This document shows positions 1-5,572 of a DNA stretch of 34,088 nt, one piece after another. The first letter of the stretch is position 1, and each line of letters begins with the position of its first letter. Made by a program: the position numbers and the translations under genes. This DNA is from Phycisphaerae bacterium SM23_33 (lineage in GTDB: Bacteria > Planctomycetota > Phycisphaerae > SM23-33), in assembly GCA_001303665.1 (NCBI GenBank), contig LJUF01000001.1:1-34088 (forward strand), in the 5' to 3' direction. The notes beneath the pieces are model-generated. The model ran no database searches and was not told where the DNA came from. It was given only the letters and a program-made list of their open reading frames with translations.

Positions 1-1839
1 GTTGAAGTAGTTGTTGACGGTACGGCTGACGTTGGACGCCGCGCCGACGGCGGCCATGGCCGGCAGCCCCGCGCTGCCGCCGATGCCCAGGGCCATGCCC
101 TCCATCATGTTCTTGCCGATGTCCATGAAGACGCCAGACGGGGAAAAAATGTCAAGCGCGTCCTTGGCTTCATCGAGAATGGACTGGATCGTCCGCCGGA
201 TGCTGTCAACGATGTCCTGCACCTTGGACTCGATGCCTGATTTCAGCCCATCCATAATGGATTGCCCCAAGCCGTAAAGCTCGTCGCCCAGGCCCGAAAC
301 GGCCTCGATCACTTTGGCCACCAAGTCCGCAAACAGGCCGAGGATAGTGTCTATCCCCGTGGAAATGGCCGAGGCCATCAGGTCCATCATCTCTGGCACG
401 ATGGAACCGCCGACCAGGGCCTCCTTCAGGTTGGTGAAGAAGGCGATTACGCTGGAGATGAAGCCAGAGACGGCGGCGATGAGCGTGCCGAAGGACAAAT
501 TGAATAGATTGATGATCCCCTCGAAGAGAGCTGTTACCAATCCGATCAGGCCCTCTTTCCACGCTTCCCAACCAGCCATGATCAAGTCCAAATCCCCACT
601 GAAAATGCCCTTGACGATGGCCATCGCCCCGCCGACGAGCTGGCAGATGGACTCCAGGCCCAGCATGAACGTGTCGGCTATGTCGGAAAGCGTGGCCGTC
701 ACATGCTCGGCCACGCTGGCGATGGCCGTGATGATGCCAGTCAAAGCGCCGATGATTCCCAGGATGGCCCCGCCGATGACGATGGCTACTATTTCGATAG
801 CTTGTCCAATGGCAGACCACACATCGCCCCAGTCAAGGCCCAGCTTGCCCAACGCTTCCGTTAAGTTGGAGAAAGCTGCTTGCAGCGAAGGCCATACCTG
901 ATCAACGACAACGTCTCGAATAGCCAACACGATGGGTTCTATGATTCCCCATGCGGTTTGGAAAGCGGCGGGCATCTCGCCGCTCAAGAGTGCCGTCAAT
1001 TTCTCGATGGCGACGGGCAAGTTCTCGCCCAGCCATTGCCCAGCGACTTGCGCCCATTCCACCAACTGCGGCCCGTATTCCTGGGCCAGTTTACCCAACG
1101 GCTCCATCAAGGCTTGCAGGGCGGGCAGCATGGCGATGCCGATTTGATCCTTGGTGTTCTGCAATTGCGCCCTGAGTTGCGCCATCTGCTCGGCGGCGGT
1201 CAGGGTGCCCCCGCCGAATTCGTCCACCATGCGCTTGCCCGCCTCGACGGTCGCGTTGAGCAAGGCGATGGATTTCTCCTCGGCGGTCAGCTCCTCGACG
1301 CTCTTGCCGAGCTGGGCGGCCATGGCCTCGTTGGCCTCGCCCAGCTTCAGGACCAGGCCGGTGTTGTCGATCAGCATGGGCGAGCCGCGCTTGACGCCGG
1401 TCACGAGCGACTGGAAGAGGAAATCCACGTCCTGCCCGGTAGCGCGGGCGGCGGCCCTGGCGATCTCCAGCAAGGCGGGCATTTCCTTGCCGAAAGCCTG
1501 GCCCAGTTCCTCGCCCGCCCCGGTCAGGGCCACGTTCGCCTTGCGCATCAACTCGAAGTCGCTGATGGTGCCCGCCGACGCCTCGCGCAGGTCGTCCAGC
1601 GATAGGCCGACGCGCTCGGCCATCTTGTCGAAGGCGATACCGATGCCCTCCAGCGGCGCGGCGTCGACGGCCAGCTTGAGCAGGCCCGCGCCGATGGCCG
1701 CCGTCGCCGCCACTACCGCCGTGGCTGCTGTGGCGGCAATCGTGCCCAGCCCGGTCAGCGCCTTGCCCACGCCGCCCAGCACCTTCGTGCTGTTGTCCTC
1801 GGCGTTGATTACTATTTCGATGACGTTCTTAGAGGCCAC
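1..1839 (-). CDS. Tail tape measure protein, N-terminal 613 codons (3' end runs off the window)
   Basis: Absent from the ORF track because there is no stop in the window. My reverse-complement translation from GTG 1839..1837 (GAAGGAAG SD at 1853..1846) is open to base 1: VASKNVIEIVINAEDNSTKVLGG...LKLAVDAAPLEGIGIAFDKMAERVGLS... It is Ala/Gly/Leu-rich and helical, with a hydrophobic GAILGIIGALTGIITAIASV segment typical of tape measure proteins. It follows the G/GT chaperone pair. Confidence 0.9.
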   Translation of the reverse strand, partial: MASKNVIEIVINAEDNSTKVLGGVGKALTGLGTIAATAATAVVAATAAIGAGLLKLAVDAAPLEGIGIAFDKMAERVGLSLDDLREASAGTISDFELMRKANVALTGAGEELGQAFGKEMPALLEIARAAARATGQDVDFLFQSLVTGVKRGSPMLIDNTGLVLKLGEANEAMAAQLGKSVEELTAEEKSIALLNATVEAGKRMVDEFGGGTLTAAEQMAQLRAQLQNTKDQIGIAMLPALQALMEPLGKLAQEYGPQLVEWAQVAGQWLGENLPVAIEKLTALLSGEMPAAFQTAWGIIEPIVLAIRDVVVDQVWPSLQAAFSNLTEALGKLGLDWGDVWSAIGQAIEIVAIVIGGAILGIIGALTGIITAIASVAEHVTATLSDIADTFMLGLESICQLVGGAMAIVKGIFSGDLDLIMAGWEAWKEGLIGLVTALFEGIINLFNLSFGTLIAAVSGFISSVIAFFTNLKEALVGGSIVPEMMDLMASAISTGIDTILGLFADLVAKVIEAVSGLGDELYGLGQSIMDGLKSGIESKVQDIVDSIRRTIQSILDEAKDALDIFSPSGVFMDIGKNMMEGMALGIGGSAGLPAMAAVGAASNVSRTVNNYFN

Positions 1840-2283
1840 CTGAAAGCTTCCTTCTGTACAGCGCCGCCCGCGCTTCCATTTCCTGGCAGCGCAAGTCGCA
1901 CAGCATCTCGAAAAGGTGCTTGCCGCGTTCTTGCGCCAACTGGGACGGCGTGCAACCGTACATCATGCGCAACCGGTAACGCAGATATTCCGGGGGCGGC
2001 TGGCCCGTGCCCGTCCACAGGTGCACGGCCAGCCGCGTTTCTAGTTTTTTCCGCCGACCTCCGGGTTGGTCTCCGCTTTGACGGCCTCGTTGATGGCTTC
2101 GGCCAGGGCTTTCAACTGCGTGCCCCGGTAGCCCTTGCCGCGCACGCCGCCCACGACCAGGCGGTCGAGCACGTCCAGGTACTCGCGCATGGTCACGCCG
2201 CCCACCCTGGACATGTCCAAGATCTCCAGGTCGTCCAGCTCGAACTGGTCGAGGTCCACGGCGACCTTGATGTCTTCTGCCAC
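1829..2283 (-). CDS. Tail assembly chaperone frameshift product (gpGT-like, -1 PRF)
   Basis: The -1 frame after A_AAA_AAC stays open for about 71 codons (LETRLAVHLWTGTGQPPPEYLRYRLRMMYGCTPSQLAQERGKH...SGGL) to the stop at 1829-1831. This is the plausible-looking tail of the otherwise junk ORF 1829..2518. It overlaps the tape measure start by 11 nt. Confidence 0.7.
2041..2283 (-). CDS. Tail assembly chaperone (gpG-like)
   Basis: 80-aa acidic ORF between major tail and tape measure genes. GTG start 2283 has GGAGG 7 nt upstream. It ends GGA AAA AAC TAG, which contains a slippery heptamer. Confidence 0.8.
   Translation of the reverse strand: MAEDIKVAVDLDQFELDDLEILDMSRVGGVTMREYLDVLDRLVVGGVRGKGYRGTQLKALAEAINEAVKAETNPEVGGKN
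2044..2050 (-). promoter_or_regulatory. -1 programmed ribosomal frameshift slippery heptamer A_AAA_AAC
   Basis: Minus-strand sequence is GG A AAA AAC TAG. The X_XXY_YYZ pattern is in the correct zero frame, immediately before the G stop codon. Confidence 0.7.
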
Positions 2284-2294
2284 GTACCGACCTC

Positions 2295-2759
2295 CTACGA
2301 AGCGACGACGGCCGTCGAGGTGCTGGCCACCTTGACCGTGAACCCGGCCATGATGGGGCCGCCCGCCGAGGCGTCCATGGGCGGGTAGGTGAAACTGACC
2401 AGGATGCCCGCGCCGGTGGTGATCCGGTCGTCCCCCGCCGACCCGCCCTTGGGCGACCAGCGCAGGCAGAAGCCGCCGCCGCAGCCCGTCGCCTCGAAAG
2501 CGGCGCGGACGAGGTCATAGGCCTCGACGTTGACCTCGGTGTACACGATGGCGGCCACCAGTTCCATCGGCTCCCTCTTGCCGCCGGCGATGAGGGCCGT
2601 GTCGCCGTCCAGCGTGTACGCCTCGCCGCTCATGCGGGCCTGCTCCGTCCCGCCCAGGCTCTGCGCCTCGCCGCTGATGTCGGTCCAGGTGACGCAACTG
2701 TCGGTGCTGATCTCCAATTTGCCGCAAGCCAGCGGCACTTGTCCCGTTGTCTGTGCCAT
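2295..2759 (-). CDS. Major tail (tail tube) protein
   Basis: 154 aa with an ATG start. It sits directly upstream of the G/GT pair, and its size and beta-rich composition are typical of siphovirus tube proteins. The C-terminus is Ser/Thr-rich (VKVASTSTAVVAS). Confidence 0.7.
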   Translation of the reverse strand: MAQTTGQVPLACGKLEISTDSCVTWTDISGEAQSLGGTEQARMSGEAYTLDGDTALIAGGKREPMELVAAIVYTEVNVEAYDLVRAAFEATGCGGGFCLRWSPKGGSAGDDRITTGAGILVSFTYPPMDASAGGPIMAGFTVKVASTSTAVVAS

Positions 2760-2795
2760 TTTTTGCCTCCTAACTGGGATCGCTTAACGATCCGT

Positions 2796-3131
2796 TCATT
2801 TCCTGCTTTTGCCCGGCCCCGCGCGGACCCACTTTTCGGCCTCGGTTTTCCACTTGGCGACGGTCGAAGTCCGCTTGTAGTTGAAAAGCTCGCGGACTTT
2901 GTCGTCGTCCGCCTCCAGAAAGTCCCGCACGGTCACCACGCCGATCTCCCTCAGCTTTTCCGCCCGCGCCTCCCAGCCTGGCAGTTCCGAGAGCGGCGGC
3001 GGACGCACTTCGGAGATGGCCCTGACCTTCACCAATGCCGCCAGGACGCGGGACTCGAAGCGGTCGCCGCTCACGATGTCGCCCGGCTGGTGGCCGGTAG
3101 TCAGTGATTTGAGAACCCGGTAGAGTGCCAT
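2796..3131 (-). CDS. Hypothetical protein (neck/tail module)
   Basis: 111-aa ORF with an ATG preceded by GGAGG-N7. The sequence looks like real protein. The C-terminal half (LPGWEARAEKLREIGVVTVRDFLEA) resembles a helix-hairpin-helix. I recognise no family. Confidence 0.6.
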   Translation of the reverse strand: MALYRVLKSLTTGHQPGDIVSGDRFESRVLAALVKVRAISEVRPPPLSELPGWEARAEKLREIGVVTVRDFLEADDDKVRELFNYKRTSTVAKWKTEAEKWVRAGPGKSRK

Positions 3132-3143
3132 GTCAGTCCCTCC

Positions 3144-3599
3144 TCACGTCTGCGTGCCCGCCCGGACGACGATGACGAAGCGCGCGCCCATGTACTTCAC
3201 GCCGCCGTACTCGAAGACGACGCGCCGCCAGGACCAGCGGAAGCTGGTCACGCAGGCCAGCCCGAACAGCGGGTAACTCAGGTTGTCTAGGATGTCCTCC
3301 GTCTCGTTGGCCACGTCCACGCACTTCTTCATGTCCTCGGCGATGTGGGACCGCTGGCGGGCGTAGATGTCGGCGTGGACGGTGTATTCCTTGACGCTGT
3401 GCTTGCCGCTCAAGGTCACGCGGTCGGTCTCGCCCGTCCAGTCCGTGCCGGTGTTCTCCTCCGGGTAGACCTGCAGTAGCGGGTAGTCGTGGATGCCCTC
3501 GGTCAGCTCGTCGTAGGTCTGCGAGCGCACCAGGGAAGCGGCGTCGTCCATTATGCCCTCTATGGCGTCCAGCAATGCGTCCAGCGTGTAAACGGCCAT
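3144..3599 (-). CDS. Neck / tail-completion protein (position-equivalent to HK97 gp11, tail terminator class)
   Basis: 151 aa, lying between the gp10-like gene and the tail tube gene. The function is assigned from gene order only. Confidence 0.55.
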   Translation of the reverse strand: MAVYTLDALLDAIEGIMDDAASLVRSQTYDELTEGIHDYPLLQVYPEENTGTDWTGETDRVTLSGKHSVKEYTVHADIYARQRSHIAEDMKKCVDVANETEDILDNLSYPLFGLACVTSFRWSWRRVVFEYGGVKYMGARFVIVVRAGTQT

Positions 3600-3600
3600 G

Positions 3601-3987
3601 TCATTTCACCACGATTTTGTTGACGACCCTGCCCAGCAGGTCGAAGATGCGGTTCGCGTTGTCCTTGAGCGCCCGTTCCAAGTATTTCTTGCCGGGAACT
3701 TTCGTGCCCTTCGCAGTCGTCCATCCTAATTCTTGGAATGGAGCATAAACCACGTTGCTGCCCACTACGCCTTGCACCGTGTTGCTTTGCTGCCTGACCT
3801 CCGGCGTGATGCTGGCCCTGAGCCGCCCCGTATCCACCGGCGCGTTGATCTTGGCATGGCGTTCAACGAGCAGCGTCGCGTCCCTCATGCCCTGCAGGAA
3901 CGCGCCGCCTTGCAGGTCGCTGACGATCTGCTCCATTTTGGCTTGCACCTTTTCCATTCCCCGGACTTCTACGGTTACGTCGGTCAT
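3601..3987 (-). CDS. HK97 gp10-family head-tail joining protein
   Basis: 128 aa carrying the hallmark APVDTGRLRASI motif of the HK97-gp10-like family. Position is consistent with a neck module. Confidence 0.85.
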   Translation of the reverse strand: MTDVTVEVRGMEKVQAKMEQIVSDLQGGAFLQGMRDATLLVERHAKINAPVDTGRLRASITPEVRQQSNTVQGVVGSNVVYAPFQELGWTTAKGTKVPGKKYLERALKDNANRIFDLLGRVVNKIVVK

Positions 3988-3994
3988 TTGACAA
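3978..3994. repeat. 17-bp perfect direct repeat, copy 1 (cgtcggtcatttgacaa)
   Basis: Identical 17-mer occurs again at 4179-4195, 201 bp away. Copy 1 covers the first 10 nt of the gp10-like CDS (ATGACCGACG on the minus strand) plus the -35 hexamer of P1. Confidence 0.9.
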
Positions 3995-4016
3995 GATTTC
4001 CAATTGATACTATAAT
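3988..4016 (+). promoter_or_regulatory. Consensus sigma70-type promoter P1
   Basis: TTGACA (3988-3993), a spacer of exactly 17 nt, then TATAAT (4011-4016). Both hexamers match consensus perfectly. The predicted start near A4023 coincides with the first paired base of the downstream long stem. Confidence 0.7.
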
Positions 4017-4022
4017 ATCTTC

Positions 4023-4155
4023 ATTAAGCGGTAGAGAGCCTAGCCCTCCCGGGGTGGTAGAGTTGGAGGGGCGTGCCCCACATTAACCTGCGTAGCGTCT
4101 CCCGGTGGGGTTGGTCGGAGACCCAAGCCACCCGCTAGGCTCTTTGCCGCTTAAT
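4023..4155 (+). ncRNA. Unclassified structured RNA candidate (about 133 nt, 22-bp closing stem)
   Basis: 4023-4044 (attaagcggtagagagcctagc) pairs with 4134-4155 (gctaggctctttgccgcttaat) over 22 contiguous pairs. Two of these (4032/4146, 4034/4144) are G-U wobbles only in the plus-strand RNA and would be A-C mismatches on the minus strand. The GC-rich interior has several alternative helices, for example 4097-4102/4117-4122 and 4052-4057/4128-4133. It is followed by AGTTTCT. Confidence 0.45.
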
Positions 4156-4178
4156 AGTTTCTATCACCGCCTACCTAT

Positions 4179-4195
4179 CGTCGGTCATTTGACAA
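4179..4195. repeat. 17-bp perfect direct repeat, copy 2
   Basis: Identical to 3978-3994 and carries the -35 hexamer of P2. On the minus strand it gives only the pseudo-start ATGACCGACGATAGGTAG. Confidence 0.9.
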
Positions 4196-4217
4196 CCTAG
4201 AACATTTGTGTTATACT
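4189..4217 (+). promoter_or_regulatory. Near-consensus sigma70-type promoter P2
   Basis: TTGACA (4189-4194), 17-nt spacer, TATACT (4212-4217). The spacers of P1 and P2 are unrelated, yet both keep the 17-nt spacing and a good -10. Confidence 0.6.
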
Positions 4218-4221
4218 ATGT

Positions 4222-4302
4222 TTGGTTGGCAAGCGATTCGCGCTCGATAGGCGGTTTTCTTTATGCCCCCAATCTGCTAGAGTTGCGGTGCTTGCCAACC
4301 AA
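4222..4302 (+). promoter_or_regulatory. 5' leader stem-loop of the P2 transcript
   Basis: ttggttggcaagc (4222-4234) is perfectly complementary to gcttgccaaccaa (4290-4302), giving a 13-bp stem that begins at the predicted P2 start. The leader runs about 240 nt to the HNH start, with a T6 run at 4331-4336. Confidence 0.4.
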
Positions 4303-4337
4303 CAAGAACCGCCAGCGGAGCGGGGGCACTTTTTTCA

Positions 4338-4440
4338 GGGCGAGACCTGGCGAAGCGAGGCGCGGCATGGCGAGACGAGACGAGGCCTGTCCCGGCTTGC
4401 CCGGTCCTGGCAGGGCGTGGTTGATCGAGGCAAGGCAAGG
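4338..4440. repeat. Degenerate purine-rich repeat block U (upstream flank of the cassette genes)
   Basis: Shares exact words with the downstream block: ggcgagacctg (4339/5373), gcgaggcgcgg (4355/5465), ggtcctggca (4403/5478), ggcaaggcaagg (4429/5428). GAGAC/GAGGC/AAGGC pentamers recur with roughly 10-nt phasing. Confidence 0.6.
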
Positions 4441-4466
4441 ATTATCATAGAAAGGAATGCAGTCAT

Positions 4467-4967
4467 GTGAAATCACCTAGAAATGGATGGCGCGAAGCCG
4501 TCCTGGAACGGGACAATTTTGAATGTCAACTCTCAAAGTTGTTCGGCATAGCTGAGTTGACTGGCGTGCCCTGTTCGGAGGCGTTGCAGGCACATCACAA
4601 GACCTATGAACGATATGGTCAGGAACGCCCGGAAGATGGAATATGTGTTTGTGAAAGGTGCCATGACATCCTAACCGATGCGATAAGGCGCACACGCTAT
4701 TCAGCGAGAAATGCGCAATTCAAATGGGAACGAGATGTCGAAATGGTTACACCGAAACCAAGAAAGGATAAGGACAGTGAAAAAGCTACATTTTACCATC
4801 GTGGGCGAAGCCCCATTACTGATGCACAACGGGCGGCTGGCCGACAGGGACGACCCGTACAGCCGCAAGATGAGCGAGATCTCCAGCAAGAGGAGCAAAA
4901 CCGACGCCGATTACGAAGAACTAGCCAGGATGGAGTTCTTGGGCGGCCTCTACCTAGACGAGAATGA
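4467..4967 (+). CDS. HNH endonuclease (small phage type); C-terminal extent uncertain
   Basis: GTG start with AAAGGAA SD. WREAVLERDNFECQ...LQAHHKTYERYGQERPEDGICVCERCHDILT fits the HNH/zinc-finger pattern. About 43% GC. After about residue 100 the frame turns into Arg/Gln-rich low-complexity sequence that overlaps the next gene. Confidence 0.7.
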   Translation: MKSPRNGWREAVLERDNFECQLSKLFGIAELTGVPCSEALQAHHKTYERYGQERPEDGICVCERCHDILTDAIRRTRYSARNAQFKWERDVEMVTPKPRKDKDSEKATFYHRGRSPITDAQRAAGRQGRPVQPQDERDLQQEEQNRRRLRRTSQDGVLGRPLPRRE

Positions 4968-5361
4968 ACAACCTTGTATCCCCGGTTACGTCTTCGAGGC
5001 GTGTATCATTGGCAAGGGTGGCGCTGCCAGAAAGGAACGGATGGGCAAGGAAGCTGCTGCCGCTGTTTGGGTATTGGATGATGCGCCCTTGGAATATGAT
5101 GGACCGCGTGATCCCCAAGAACTTTGGCAGGACAAACGCTTCATATCGCAGTCTCTTGTCAGGGTGCAACGGAATACCGTCAAGCGCACCCGTCCCCGCT
5201 TCAAGGAATGGCAGGCCAATGTCACGGTCGAGTTCAACGAGAACTTGGTTGACGAGACCGATGTCCGCCGTTGGATTGAAGTCGCTGGTGAGCAAGTCGG
5301 CCTGATGGACTGGCGGCCTCGCTTCGGGCGGTTCCGCGTTGAATGGGACGGGCACAAATAA
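4777..5361 (+). CDS. Unknown protein, possible RAMP-like fold (speculative)
   Basis: ORF 4711..5361. The favoured start is GTG 4777 (AAGGA upstream), giving VKKLHFTIVGEAPLLMHNG... Composition is good throughout. Features include a beta-strand plus LLMHNG, then QPCIPGYVFEACIIGKGG, and a C-terminal GLMDWRPRFGRFRV. I recognise no family with confidence. Confidence 0.6.
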   Translation: MKKLHFTIVGEAPLLMHNGRLADRDDPYSRKMSEISSKRSKTDADYEELARMEFLGGLYLDENEQPCIPGYVFEACIIGKGGAARKERMGKEAAAAVWVLDDAPLEYDGPRDPQELWQDKRFISQSLVRVQRNTVKRTRPRFKEWQANVTVEFNENLVDETDVRRWIEVAGEQVGLMDWRPRFGRFRVEWDGHK

Positions 5362-5365
5362 CAGC

Positions 5366-5535
5366 ATGGCCTGGCGAGACCTGACGAGACTGGACGAGGT
5401 CGGACCTGACGAGACTTGATGGGGTGGGGCAAGGCAAGGGTGCTCTCAATTGTTAATGTACAAGGCGAGGCGCGGTTGGTCCTGGCATGTTCAGGCGCGG
5501 CGCGACCGGGTTGTGTTAGGCAAGGTAGAGCTTGG
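5366..5535. repeat. Degenerate repeat blocks D1+D2 (downstream flank of the cassette genes)
   Basis: D1 is 10-nt phased: ctggcgagac / ctgacgagac / tggacgaggt / cggac ctgacgagac (5371-5415), then ggcaaggcaagg. D2 (5461-5535) matches block U in colinear order with one gap of about 40 nt. Confidence 0.6.
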
Positions 5536-5542
5536 CATGGAA

Positions 5543-5570
5543 AAGGGCTGGCTGAAAAAAGTCAGCCCTT
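5543..5570. terminator. Bidirectional hairpin terminator between convergent units
   Basis: aagggctg (5543-5550) pairs with cagccctt (5563-5570). On the minus strand it lies 2 nt after the connector stop and is followed by TTTTCC. On the plus strand it is followed by TATCATC. The U-tracts are short. Confidence 0.5.
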
Positions 5571-5572
5571 TA

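Noticed and set aside
4023-4155. tRNA, tmRNA or another known RNA gene
   Set aside because: There is no cloverleaf, no GTTCGAATC-type T-loop and no CCA-proximal acceptor geometry. I could not match it to any family by eye, so I kept it only as an unclassified structured RNA candidate.
3978-4195. MITE or IS-like element with terminal inverted repeats and a 17-bp target-site duplication
   Set aside because: The 22-bp inverted arms (4023-4044 / 4134-4155) do not abut the direct repeats; they are 28 and 23 nt away. 17 bp is atypical for a TSD. The G-U-only imperfections point to RNA-level selection. An insertion footprint cannot be fully excluded.
4208-4470. Plus-strand ORFs 4208..4450 and 4222..4470 as coding genes in the P2 leader
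   Set aside because: The translations are Arg/Gly/Pro-rich and are produced by the purine-rich repeat words. The shared words fall in different frames in the U and D blocks, so conservation is at the nucleotide level.
4467-5361. A single HNH-fusion protein produced by programmed frameshifting between the two cassette ORFs
   Set aside because: The downstream frame is +1. I found no slippery or shifty-stop motif in 4700-4967, and a plausible GTG with an SD exists at 4777.
4338-5535. CRISPR array or solitary CRISPR repeats flanking the cassette
   Set aside because: The repeats are short (10-12 nt words), degenerate and irregularly ordered. There are no 25-40-nt units of constant spacing.
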